A stretch of DNA of 64,000 nucleotides. It comes from an uncultured Chloroflexia bacterium (GTDB taxonomy: Bacteria; Chloroflexota; Limnocylindria; Limnocylindrales; CSP1-4). Position 1 is the first letter of the stretch. Every line of letters starts with the position of its first letter. Location: NCBI GenBank assembly GCA_963766735.1, contig CAVYBU010000008.1, forward strand, positions 192,001-256,000, read 5' to 3'. The notes beneath the pieces were generated by a model. It did no database searches. It was not told the DNA's origin and was given only the letters and a program-made list of their open reading frames with translations. The translations under genes and the position numbers were made by a program. This document shows, piece by piece, positions 1 through 9,839 of the stretch.

Positions 1-147
1 CGCCTTCCGGGTGGTGCGCTGACGCGACCCGGGCGCCATCGTCGCGGAATCCTCGACACAACCTCGACCTGACCTGCGCGGTCTCTGCATCCTCGGGTGC
101 GAGCATCAGCTTCGATCAGAGCGATAGCCACCACGAGGTGATCGAGG

Positions 148-903
148 ATGAAGAGCAACGTACTGGCGATCGGTGTCGCGGCCGTGATGCTCCTTGGAGC
201 CTCCGCCGCGGTCGTCGTCGGCGGCAACGGACCAGGGCCCGCGGCGGGCGACTGCACGCAAGACTGCGACGGCGTTCCGGACCGGATCAAGTCGTACGAC
301 CGTGATCGGGATCGTCTGCAGGATGGCACCGGCCCGGCCACGGAGCTGGAAACCCTGGAGGCTGACCAGACCAAGGACCAGACCAAGGACCAGACGAGGA
401 AGCAGGCTCCGTGACGGCACCTGCACGGAAGACTGCGATGGCGAACCGGACAGGATCAGGCTCCGGGACGCGTGACAAGCGACCCGGTGCCGGCCGCGTG
501 ATCGCGACCGCGGAGCACGTCCGACGGCACGCAGACGCAGACCAAGGCGCAGACGCAGGACGCAGACCAAGACGCAGGCGCAGACGCAGGACCAGACCAA
601 GACGCAGGACCAAGGCGCAGACGCAGACCAAGGCGCAGGACGCAGGACCAGCGACGCAGACGCAGGACCCAGACGCAGACGCAGACGCAGGACCAGGCGC
701 AGACGCAGGACCAGACGCAGGACCAGACGCAGACGCAGGACCAGACGCAGACGCAGACGCAGACGCAGACCCAGACGCAGGACCAGACGCAGACGCAGGA
801 CCAGACGCAGGACCAGACGCAGACGCAGGAGACCGCCCAGACCGAAGCCGGTACCGGATCGACCGCCACACCCGGTCCGCGGCCCGGCGGGTCCGGGCAC
901 TAG
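148..903 (+). CDS. Secreted low-complexity protein: Cys/Asp motif x2 plus Gln-Thr/Asp dipeptide repeat tail (frameshifted)
   Basis: GAGG RBS and ATG at 148; signal peptide MKSNVLAIGVAAVMLLGASAA; duplicated C-T-x-D-C-D-G-x-P-D-R-I motif in two frames; CAG-ACG/GAC repeats read QTQTQDQ... to GGSGH-TAG at 901-903; several indels needed to join frames. Confidence 0.65.
530..830 (+). repeat. Hexamer-based tandem repeat (CAGACG/CAGGAC variants)
   Basis: About 300 bp of cagacg/caggac/caggcg units seen directly. Confidence 0.95.
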
Positions 904-909
904 AGACCT

Positions 910-982
910 CCGGAGAGGAGCTCGCCGGCCCTCTCCGGGACCTCAACGGGACGGTCGGACCTTTCGGGGGCCGACCGTCCCG
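910..982 (+). terminator. Two GC-rich hairpins after the repeat-protein gene
   Basis: ccggagagg/cctctccgg (910-938) and cgggacggtcgg/ccgaccgtcccg (947-982); no clear U-tract. Confidence 0.55.
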
Positions 983-1069
983 CGTTAGCGTGGTCGCGGT
1001 GGGAGCGCGGGCGCCCGACGCCCGAGGTACCTGCCGGGTGAACCTGCGCGGAGCCCCACGAATGCGACC

Positions 1070-2723
1070 ATGAGCCTGCGGCTGCGGCTGGGCCTCTCCT
1101 TTGCGCTCGTCGCGGTGACGACCGCCCTCGTTACCGTGCTCGCCACGCCCGTGGTCGTCCGATACGGCCTCGAACCGGTGTTGCCGCCCGCGACCCCTGC
1201 CGTGAGCGCACCTGTGCCATCCGCAGCTCCGGCCGGATCCGGCCTGACGCCCGGACCCGAGAGCCCGGGTTCCCCACCGACGCCCTCGGTCGCCGGCAGC
1301 TCGTCACCGGCCCACGACAGCTCCGGCCGCCCTCCGTCCGCTGGCCCCGGCGGCGCCTCGCCGGATGCAACGTCGCCTTCGTCACAGAGCCCGACTCCGC
1401 GCCCGACCCCCAGGGCATCGGTCGGGCCGTCCGTTCCGCCCGGGCCGTCCGGATCGCCACCGCCGAGACCGTCGGCGTCACCGATCCGCAGCGGCCAGCC
1501 GTCGGTCGGACCGCGCCGGTCCGGAGATCCGGCGCCCAGCTCATCGCCGGTCAAGCAGGGACAGGGAACGCCAAGTTCGCTGGGGCAGGATTCGCTCGGG
1601 ACGCCCGGCGGATCGCCGGCGCCGACGGGCGCGAAGGGTTCGCCGGGCCAGGAGGCGGCACGCGCCCGCCTTGCGCTCGCAGGCACCATCTCCGACGTGG
1701 CCGCGGAGGCCGAGACGACGGTGCCGTCCGACCAGAGTCCTTCGCCGGCGATCGGAGATGCTGCATGGGTCGAGGTGGAGCGCCGGACCTCGACCATCCT
1801 GGTGATCGTGGCCGCGCTGTCCGCCGCCATCGCGATCGCGATCGGGCTGATCCTCGCCGAAGCGCTGATCCGGCCGCTTCGGGATCTCGGGCGCACCGCC
1901 GCGGCGATCGCGGGCGGGGACCTGACGCGCCGCTCGGGGATCGCTACGCGGCGGGATGAGATCGGGGACCTTGCCCGGTCCTTCGACTCGATGGCGTGCA
2001 TCGCTCCAGCAGGCCGACGCATCGCGGCGCGGGTTCCTCCAGGACGCCGCCCATGAGCTCGGGACGCCCGTCACCGCGATCCAGACGACCGCGAGCGCCA
2101 TTCTCGACGAGGTCTATGAACCTGACCGGCGGCACATAGAGGCGATCAGGGACGAGGCACGCCTCCTCTCGCGGATCGTGGACGATCTTCGGACCATCGC
2201 GCTGGCGGAGGTCGGGGAGCTTCCGATGCAGCGGATCACCGTCGACGCAGCCGAGGCCGCAGCGTCCACGGTGGCCGCCCTTGCCGCAGCTGCAGCCTTG
2301 CGCGGGCAGCGGCTCGTTGCCGAGGCGACGGCACCCGCGATGGTGACCGGCGATCCAGACCGGATCCGGCAGGTCCTGGCGGCACTGGTCGACAACGCGA
2401 TCAGCCATATTCCAACGGGCGGTGAGATCCGCGTCCGGACCTCGATGGTGGACCCGTGGGCACGCATCGATGTCGAGGATGACGGCCCCGGCCTCGGGGA
2501 CGATGCAGATCGCGTCTTCGATCGGTTCTACCGTGCGGATGCCCCGCGGGATCGGACCGGCGGCCACGCAGGCCTCGGGCTCGCCATCGTACGGGCGCTC
2601 GTCGAGGCACAGGACGGCCGCGTGTCCGCCGGCAACCGGCCGGAGGGCGGCGCCGTGTTCCGGGTCGAGCTCCCGGCAGCACGCCCCGCGGGCGCGGGGA
2701 GTGGGCAGCCAGAGACCCGGTAG
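1070..2723 (+). CDS. Sensor histidine kinase (TM, Pro/Ser-rich loop, TM, HAMP, HisKA, HATPase); frameshift near 1997
   Basis: HAMP IRPLRDL...RRDEIGDLARSFDSM; H-box AAHELGTP; N-box LVDNAI; DDGPG, FDRFYR, GLGLAI. Confidence 0.9.
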
Positions 2724-2838
2724 TCACCTCACCCGCGTGCCTCGGTGGGCCGAAGGGGTCGCGTTGAGGGCAATCACGGCCTCGAATTCGGGCTGGCCGG
2801 ACCTCGTGAACCCGTGATCCGCGGCGCACGCTGGCTTC

Positions 2839-3540
2839 ATGGCGAGGATTGCGGTCGTCGATGACGAGCAGGTGATCGCGGACGGGATCGCGGCGTATCT
2901 GCGGCGAGACGGGCACGAGGTTGACATCGCCGCAACCGCAGCCAGGGCGATCGAGCTCGGCAGGTCGAACCCGGACCTCATGGTCCTGGACGTGATGCTC
3001 GGCTCCAGCTCGGGGTTCGACGTCCTGCGATCCCTGCGGAGCGAAGGGCTGCGGGTCCCGGTCATCATCCTGAGCGCACGTGTGGACCTGGTGGACCGCG
3101 TGGCGGGCCTGGAGCTCGGCGCCGACGACTACGTGACCAAGCCGTTCGAGCCGCGGGAGCTCGTCGCACGGGTGGGTGCGGTGCTTCGCCGGACCGTGCA
3201 GGCCGAGAGTCCGACGGACGAGGCCGACCCCACGAGCGAGCCGCCGCGGGTGTTGGACCTCGAGATCGACACGGCTACCCGCGAGGTCCGGCGGGGCACG
3301 ACCGACGTGGCCCTGACACGCACGGAGTTCGATCTGCTGGTTGCGCTTGCGGAGCATCCGGGTCACGTGCTGTCGAGGGTTCAGCTCGCCGGGCAGATCT
3401 TCGGCGGCGCGTACGACGAGTGCGACCGCACCATCGACAGCCACGTGCGCAACCTCCGCCGGAAGCTGGGTGTCCGGCCCGATGGCCGCGAGTACGTGCA
3501 GACGGTCCGGGGGGTGGGCTACCGCCTGGCCCGCTCGTAG
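2839..3540 (+). CDS. OmpR/PhoB-family response regulator
   Basis: VVDDE, LDVML, GADDYVTKPF, winged helix TIDSHVRNLRRKL...TVRGVGY. Confidence 0.95.
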   Translation: MARIAVVDDEQVIADGIAAYLRRDGHEVDIAATAARAIELGRSNPDLMVLDVMLGSSSGFDVLRSLRSEGLRVPVIILSARVDLVDRVAGLELGADDYVTKPFEPRELVARVGAVLRRTVQAESPTDEADPTSEPPRVLDLEIDTATREVRRGTTDVALTRTEFDLLVALAEHPGHVLSRVQLAGQIFGGAYDECDRTIDSHVRNLRRKLGVRPDGREYVQTVRGVGYRLARS

Positions 3541-3615
3541 GCCGGCGAGACCGTGCGGGCCGGCTCAGAGCGGCGCCGCAAGCCGACCCTGCGGTCCTGC
3601 TCTAGACTGCGGCGG

Positions 3616-4338
3616 ATGCCCGGACCTGTGGCGCTCGTAGGCGCCGGTGAGTTCCTTGCTCCAATGGCCGAGTTCGATCGCGGTCTGCTCGAGGTGATCG
3701 GCCGTCCCCGCGCGCGGGTCGTGATCCTGCCCACCGCGTCCGCCCCTGACGGTGAAACCGCGTTCCGTGCCTGGGCCGATATGGGAACGGAGCACTTCGC
3801 GGCGCTGGGTGCCGAGGTGGAACCGATCATGGTCCGGGACGTTGCCGGGGGCCACGATGCCGCCGCGCTCCAGGCCGTGGGCGAGGCGGACCTCATCTAC
3901 CTGTCGGGCGGAGATCCGCGCCACCTGGTGCGGGTCCTCCTGGGATCGCCCCTGGGCGCGGCGATCGTGACGGCCAACGCGCGCGGCGCGATCCTCGCCG
4001 GGTGCTCGGCGGGCGCGATGGCGCTGGTCGGGCGGACGATGGACTTCCGGGTCATCCCGAAGCTGCGCCTTCCGTTGCCGTTCCCGATCCGCTGGAGGCA
4101 GGGACTCGGGTTGGTGGACGGCGTCGCGGTGCTGCCCCACTACGACGCGTGGCCGGAGCCGCTGTCCGCGGCCGTGGCGCTCCAGGCGCCGGGAGGGTCC
4201 GTGATCATGGGGATCGACGAGGACACCGCGGCGGTCGGGCGCGGCGGAACGTGGCAGGTGCACGGGCGCGGGCGCGTGACGGTGTGGCGCGGCCGCCACC
4301 GGGAGCGGTTCCGCAAGGGGGACGCGTTCCGCCTCTGA
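3616..4338 (+). CDS. Peptidase S51 (cyanophycinase/PepE-like, class I GATase-like fold)
   Basis: ILPTASA, YLSGGD, nucleophile motif GCSAGAM, LPHYD, GIDEDT. Confidence 0.85.
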   Translation: MPGPVALVGAGEFLAPMAEFDRGLLEVIGRPRARVVILPTASAPDGETAFRAWADMGTEHFAALGAEVEPIMVRDVAGGHDAAALQAVGEADLIYLSGGDPRHLVRVLLGSPLGAAIVTANARGAILAGCSAGAMALVGRTMDFRVIPKLRLPLPFPIRWRQGLGLVDGVAVLPHYDAWPEPLSAAVALQAPGGSVIMGIDEDTAAVGRGGTWQVHGRGRVTVWRGRHRERFRKGDAFRL

Positions 4339-4385
4339 GGGCCGCGCGTCCCAATGGCGCGGCAGCCTGAGGCCCGCTGCGATGC

Positions 4386-4733
4386 TCAGGCCGGCTTGAT
4401 CGTTCGGAAGCAGTCCGAGCAGTAGATCGGCTTGTCAGCGCGCGGCTTGAACGGCACCTGTGCCTGGTTCCCGCAGGACGTGCAGATCGCGACGAAGTAC
4501 TCGCGCGGGCCGCGGTCCTCGCTCCGCTCGTAGCCGTGAGGGCCACCCGTGACCCGGCCCTCGCCGTCGGGGCCCGAGTCGTCGCGCGTGGTACGCCGAT
4601 AGGCGCGGCATGACGTGCAGCGCTTGGGTTCCGAGGTGAACGACCTGGCCGCGTAGTATTCCTGGTCCGCCGCGGAGTGGACGAACTCCACGCCGCAGTC
4701 GACGCAGGTGAGGGATCGATCGACGTATGTCAC
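4386..4733 (-). CDS. Zinc-ribbon + CxxC-x17-CxxC domain protein
   Basis: LTCVDCGVEF...EPKRCTSCR and CTSCG...VPFKP...IYCSDCF; GGAGG RBS before GTG at 4733. Confidence 0.9.
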   Translation of the reverse strand: MTYVDRSLTCVDCGVEFVHSAADQEYYAARSFTSEPKRCTSCRAYRRTTRDDSGPDGEGRVTGGPHGYERSEDRGPREYFVAICTSCGNQAQVPFKPRADKPIYCSDCFRTIKPA

Positions 4734-5219
4734 TGGCGGCCCTCCCGGACGCGTGGGGACGATGCGGGTGCGTGACCGTGGGGACCACGCCCGGTGTCGG
4801 CGGCGTAGCGGGGAGTCAGCCGTGACCGCGCGACCCAGCGTGCCGCGCCCGGAGCCCGGGAACGGGCGCACCGGTGGATCGGTCGGGTCAGCCTACACCC
4901 GGGCTCCGACGAGCCCCTGCGGGTGCCTTGCAGGACGGCCCGGACCGTGACGGCCGACCTGTCACAATGGCCCCCGAGACTCGGTCAGGCGAGTCGGGAG
5001 CGATGGGGGCGCCCGGATCGCAACCGGGTCCCGGGGGCGACCGGCCCGGCCCTGATTACCGTCGCGTACCGTGCCTGGTCCGTGACGGGAGGGGCGGGGA
5101 GCGGCTGCTCGTGGGACCCGGTCGGCAAGCCGATCTTGGCCGGCCGGAACCGGCGCCACCGAACGACGCGCCACGCCTGATACACCGACCAAAGATTGAA
5201 CAGGGAGGCTGTCACCCGC

Positions 5220-6395
5220 ATGCTCCGACTCCTCCATACCGCGGACGTCCATCTCGGTGCGCGCCACGCGGACCTCGGCGATGCCGCCGCGGCTCAGCGT
5301 GAGCGCCAGTTCGCCGCGTTCAGCGCCAGCGTTGACATGGCCCTGGCGGAGAAGCTTGACCTGTTCCTGATCGCCGGCGACCTGTTCGACTCCAACACCC
5401 AGCCCCGGCGATCCGTGGAACGCGTCGCCGGCGAGCTCGCCCGCCTGGCCAAGGCCCGCATCCGGACGGTGATCATTCCGGGCACGCACGATGTCTTCGA
5501 CCGCTCGTCCGTCTACCGCGCCTATGACATGGCCGCCCTTGCCGGCACCCGACCGGCGGAGGAGCTCGTCACCGTGCTCACCCCGGAGCGACCGTGGATC
5601 CACCTCGCGGCGATCGATGCCGTGGTCCATGGGCCGGTCTTCGAGACCAAGCGGGCCCCGCACAGCCCGCTGCGGGGCCTCGCCGCGGTGGAGACGCCGC
5701 CGGCGACCTGGAAGATCGGCCTCCTGCACGCGGCCATCGCCATTCCCGGTCGCACGGACCGCGACGAGGTGGTCATCACGACGGACGAGATTGCCGCCAG
5801 CGGTCTCGACTACCTCGCGCTCGGCCACTGGCATTCGACCCAGACGGCGAAGGCCGGCGAGGTCACGTATGCGTACTCGGGTGCCCCGGAGCCCGTTGCG
5901 GTGGATCAGGACCGCGCGGGCAAGGTGCTCCTCGTGACACTGGACGAGAGCGCCGGCCGCCGCTCCGTCACCGTTGACGAGCGCACGGTCGGCAAGACCA
6001 AGTTCGAGCGCCTGGAGCTGGACGCGGCCGTGATCGAGTCCCAGCCCGCACTGGTCGCCCGGCTGATGGCCATGGCCAACCCGGACCTGGTGCTGGACGT
6101 CCGGCTCATCGGCGTCCGGCGGGACGAACTGGACCTGGAGCCCGCCGAGGTCGAGAGCGCCCTGCGGGGCAAGTTCCTGCGGACCAGGGTCCGGGACCTC
6201 AGCCGGCCCGTGCTCAGCGAGGGCCTGCTGCCGCCCGCCGAGACGATCTCGGGAGCGTTCATCCGCAACGTGGAGGGGCGCATCGCGGACCTCGAGGCCT
6301 CCGGTGATGGCACGGCCGTCCAGGAGGCGGAGGAGCTGCGGGACGTCCTGCGGCTGGGCCGGCTCCTGCTGGCCGGGCAGGAGGTGACCCTGTGA
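5220..6395 (+). CDS. Mre11/SbcD-like (YhaO-type) DNA repair metallophosphoesterase
   Basis: HTADVHLG, AGDLFD, PGTHD, DYLALGHWH, YSGAPE. Confidence 0.92.
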   Translation: MLRLLHTADVHLGARHADLGDAAAAQRERQFAAFSASVDMALAEKLDLFLIAGDLFDSNTQPRRSVERVAGELARLAKARIRTVIIPGTHDVFDRSSVYRAYDMAALAGTRPAEELVTVLTPERPWIHLAAIDAVVHGPVFETKRAPHSPLRGLAAVETPPATWKIGLLHAAIAIPGRTDRDEVVITTDEIAASGLDYLALGHWHSTQTAKAGEVTYAYSGAPEPVAVDQDRAGKVLLVTLDESAGRRSVTVDERTVGKTKFERLELDAAVIESQPALVARLMAMANPDLVLDVRLIGVRRDELDLEPAEVESALRGKFLRTRVRDLSRPVLSEGLLPPAETISGAFIRNVEGRIADLEASGDGTAVQEAEELRDVLRLGRLLLAGQEVTL

Positions 6396-8578
6396 GGATC
6401 TCGCACCTCTCCCTCCGCGACCTGCGCCGGTACCGGGAGGCAGAACTCGACCTGGCGCCCGGGCTGACGATCGTCCGCGGCCCCAACGAGGCCGGCAAGT
6501 CCACCATCCAGCGCGCCATCGAGCTGGCCCTGACCCGCAGGGTCACCAGCACCGCTGCGGACATCGAGAGCCTCACGCCATGGGACGGTGACCCTGCGGC
6601 GCGGACCGTCATCGGCATGACCTTCAGCTACGACGACGAGGACGGCGGCACGCACGAGGGAAGCCTGGAGAAGTCGTTCCGCGGGACGCGTGGCCAGGTC
6701 CGCCTGGAGCTGGCCGGCGAGGCGATCACGGACCCGGCCCGTGCCGACGAGGAGCTGGCGGCCATCTCCGGCGTTCCCACGGAAGGTTTCTTCCGCTCCA
6801 CGGCGTCGGTGCGCCACCACGAGCTCGCCGGGCTCCAGCGGGACGAGGGTGCCCTGAGGGACCGCCTCCAGGCCTCGATCAGCGGCGCGGACCGCGGCAC
6901 CAGCCGGGCGCGCAAGAAGCTGGACCGGGCGATCACGGGGCTGGAGGCGAAGGGAGTCAAGAACCCCGGGCGGCTCAAGGTCGCCGAGGACGCCGTCAAC
7001 GACACGGCAGCCAAGCTGCGCATCGGCGAGGACGAGCTGGGCCGCCTCGAGCGTGATCGAGACGCGCTGGCCCTGGCGAGGGGGCGCCGGACCGAGTCCG
7101 AGACGGCGTTGACCGAGCGTCGCTCCCTGCTGGAGAAGGCCCGCCAGGCAGAGCGGTTCATCGCGGACCGGGACGCGGCCCGTGAACGCTTCGACCGGTA
7201 CCGCGCCGCCGTCATCGTGCGAGACGAGCTGGCGGAGCTGGACCAGACACACCCGTCGACCATCCCCCTGCCCGTCCTCCGGGCGGATGTGGAGCGCCTC
7301 CGCACGGCCGACTCGAAGATCGCGACGCTCGAGGCGACGCTCGAGGGCGAGGTCCAGGTCAACTTCCAGGTGGAGCCCGAGGTCCGCTGGCGGCCGTTGT
7401 CGCGCGCCGCCGTAGGCCTGGTGCTCCTCGGCGTCGCCATCGCCGTGGTTGGGACGCTGCTGAGTGCGGCAGACATCCTCAACCTCGGTTCCCTGCCGGT
7501 GGTGCTTGGCGCCATCGCTTCTGTGATCGGGCTGATCCTGGCGGTGGTTGCCCTGTGGCTGCGCCGCAGCGACAAGAGCCAGAAGCAGCTTCGTGACGAG
7601 GAGGTCAACCGCCGCCTGCGCGGCCGCTCCGAGATCGAGCAGGAGTTGCGCGGCGTCCGCACCGAGCGGGAAGAGCTGCTTGCCCGCATGGACATGCCCG
7701 GGACGGCCGAGGCCGAGGAACGCCTCCGGCAGGAGGAAGCGCACGTCGCCGAGATCGAGCAGCGTCGCGCCCGGCTCGACGGCCTTATCGGCGAGGAGCC
7801 GCTCGATACGCTGCCCGGTCGGCGGGACGCGGCGGCCCTCGAGATCGAGCAGAAGACATCCGCGCTCGACGCGCTTGGTCCGATCGCCCGCGAGCCGCGC
7901 GCAAGGGAGCGTCTCGAGGTTGAGGTGGCCGACGCGGAACGGTCAGTGGAACGAGCCCGGGACGACGAGGCATCGGCGCGCGCCCGCGTGGAGCAGAACC
8001 CCGTGGATGCCGAGGAGGTCGCCGGACTTGCCGAACGCCTGGCCATGTGGTCCGAGGAGCTCGCCGCGCTCCTGCGGCGGGACCGGATCTACACCCGAAC
8101 CCTGGTGGAGATCAACGCGGCCGAGCAGGCGACGATGCAGCGCGCCACCCGGTACCTCGAGCGGCGCATGGTGGCCGACATCGCCCGGATCACGGGTGGC
8201 CGGTACAGGCGCGTGCGCGTGGACGACACCAACCTCGGTATCGAGGTCTTCGCCCCGGAGCGAAACGACTGGGTCCCGGTGACGGACCTCTCCCAGGGCA
8301 CGCTCGATGTCGTCTACCTGGCGGCGCGTCTCGGTCTCGTCCGCCTGGTGACCGGGGACCGCCGCCCGCCGCTGATCCTGGACGACCCGTTCGTCACCCT
8401 GGACGACGTGCGGGCGCCGCGGGCGCTGGAGCTGCTCCGGGAGCTGGCCGCGGATTTCCAGGTGATCTACCTGACGACGTCGGACCGGTACGACCACCTG
8501 GCCGACAGCGTCGTGGAGCTGGCGGGTCCGACCGCCGCGGACGACCACGTCGAGCCCGCCGGGGTGCCGCCTGCCTGA
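6392..8578 (+). CDS. Rad50/SbcC-like (YhaN-type) ATPase with central transmembrane helices
   Basis: Walker A GPNEAGKST, coiled coils, signature LSQGT, Walker B PLILDDPFV; 4-bp overlap with the upstream nuclease. Confidence 0.9.
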   Translation: MRISHLSLRDLRRYREAELDLAPGLTIVRGPNEAGKSTIQRAIELALTRRVTSTAADIESLTPWDGDPAARTVIGMTFSYDDEDGGTHEGSLEKSFRGTRGQVRLELAGEAITDPARADEELAAISGVPTEGFFRSTASVRHHELAGLQRDEGALRDRLQASISGADRGTSRARKKLDRAITGLEAKGVKNPGRLKVAEDAVNDTAAKLRIGEDELGRLERDRDALALARGRRTESETALTERRSLLEKARQAERFIADRDAARERFDRYRAAVIVRDELAELDQTHPSTIPLPVLRADVERLRTADSKIATLEATLEGEVQVNFQVEPEVRWRPLSRAAVGLVLLGVAIAVVGTLLSAADILNLGSLPVVLGAIASVIGLILAVVALWLRRSDKSQKQLRDEEVNRRLRGRSEIEQELRGVRTEREELLARMDMPGTAEAEERLRQEEAHVAEIEQRRARLDGLIGEEPLDTLPGRRDAAALEIEQKTSALDALGPIAREPRARERLEVEVADAERSVERARDDEASARARVEQNPVDAEEVAGLAERLAMWSEELAALLRRDRIYTRTLVEINAAEQATMQRATRYLERRMVADIARITGGRYRRVRVDDTNLGIEVFAPERNDWVPVTDLSQGTLDVVYLAARLGLVRLVTGDRRPPLILDDPFVTLDDVRAPRALELLRELAADFQVIYLTTSDRYDHLADSVVELAGPTAADDHVEPAGVPPA

Positions 8579-9437
8579 GCTGACTCCGGGCCTGGCCGTC
8601 GTCCTGTTCGGCCTCGCCTCGGCCATCACCTGGGGAGCCGGCGACTTCGGCGGGGGCATGGTGAGCCGGCGCGCCCCGCTGCTGGGGGTGGTTGCCGTCA
8701 CCCAGGTGGTCGGCATGGTCGCGGCTTTGGTCGTCGCCGTCGGCCGCGGCGAACCGGTGCCGCAGGGCCTGGACCTCGGCTGGGCCGCTGCCACGGGCGT
8801 CGCCGGCGTCATCGGGATGACCTCGCTGTACCGCGGCCTCGCCGTCGGGAGGATGGGTGTCGTGGCCCCGACCACGGGACTCATCGGCGCGGTGATCCCG
8901 GTTGTGGTGGGGTTCGTCACCGAGGGCATCCCGCCGCCCGCGGTGCAGGTCGGGATCGTGGTCGCCCTCCTGGCCGTCGTCCTGGTGACCCGGGTGCCGG
9001 GTCACGGTGATGGGCGCCCATCTGGCCTCCGCTGGGCCCTGACCGCCGGGATCGCCATCGGCGCCTTCAACGTCTTTGTCGGCCAGCTCTCCGGGGCCGG
9101 GGCATTCGGGCCGCTGGTCGTCATCCGGCTGATCCAGACGCTGATCCTGGGCGTCCTGATCGTGGCCTGGCGTCAGCCGTGGCGGATGGAGCGAACGATC
9201 GTCCCGAAGCTGGTGGGGATCGGCCTGCTGGACATGGCGGGCAACGCGTGCTTCATCCTGGCGGTGCAGACGGGCCAGCTGGCGATCGCCGCCATCCTGG
9301 CGTCTCTGTACCCGGTCGTGACCGTCCTCCTGGCCGTCACGGTCCTCCGGGAGCGCGTCACCCGCAACCACGTGGTCGGGATCGCGTTCACGGTGGTCGC
9401 GATCGTGCTCATCGGCACTGGCAGCGCTACGCTCTGA
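8571..9437 (+). CDS. EamA/DMT family transporter
   Basis: About 10 TM helices; WGAGDFGG upstream of the ORF-track ATG in the same frame (start probably a CTG near 8571); SLYPVVTV. Confidence 0.85.
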   Translation: MPELTPGLAVVLFGLASAITWGAGDFGGGMVSRRAPLLGVVAVTQVVGMVAALVVAVGRGEPVPQGLDLGWAAATGVAGVIGMTSLYRGLAVGRMGVVAPTTGLIGAVIPVVVGFVTEGIPPPAVQVGIVVALLAVVLVTRVPGHGDGRPSGLRWALTAGIAIGAFNVFVGQLSGAGAFGPLVVIRLIQTLILGVLIVAWRQPWRMERTIVPKLVGIGLLDMAGNACFILAVQTGQLAIAAILASLYPVVTVLLAVTVLRERVTRNHVVGIAFTVVAIVLIGTGSATL

Positions 9438-9492
9438 GGCGGCCGCCACCGGCACGCCCACCTCCCCGCGCTACCGCTGAGGACCCTCCGCC

Positions 9493-9807
9493 ATGACAGA
9501 CGCCAACCCGCCCGCCACGCTCGAACCCGTCTGGTTCGTCGAGGCCACGTATGCGCCGGATGCAGCCGAGACCCGTGTGCCGGTCCGCCCCCGTCACCTG
9601 GCGCGGATCGCCGAGCTCAAGGCGGCCGGCGTTGTCGTCGAGGCCGGAGCGTTCCTGGATATGTCCGCATCTGTCCTGCTGATCCGTGCAGAGACGGAGG
9701 CCGATGCGCTCGAGGTCTGCCGTCAGGACGCCTACATGCAGACCGGTGTCTGGGTCGAGCTCCGCGCCAAGCCGTTCGGGCGCGTCCGGCTCGCCACGGA
9801 GGGCTGA
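9493..9807 (+). CDS. YciI family protein
   Basis: RPRHLAR...AGAF...D-A-Y motif; 104 aa. Confidence 0.75.
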   Translation: MTDANPPATLEPVWFVEATYAPDAAETRVPVRPRHLARIAELKAAGVVVEAGAFLDMSASVLLIRAETEADALEVCRQDAYMQTGVWVELRAKPFGRVRLATEG

Positions 9808-9839
9808 GCCGAGTCAGCGGAGGGCTGAGCCGAGTCAGC
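9798..9839. repeat. 21-bp perfect tandem duplication
   Basis: ggagggctgagccgagtcagc x2. Confidence 0.95.

Noticed and set aside
530-830. Possible CRISPR array or non-coding satellite
   Set aside because: Hexamer periodicity, no unique spacers and no cas genes; fits a Gln-Thr coding repeat. The LR-, CV-, SA- and DA-repeat ORFs are shadow frames.
4985-5221. 78-aa minus-strand ORF upstream of the nuclease
   Set aside because: No RBS or recognisable motif, and it overlaps the nuclease RBS; cannot be supported.
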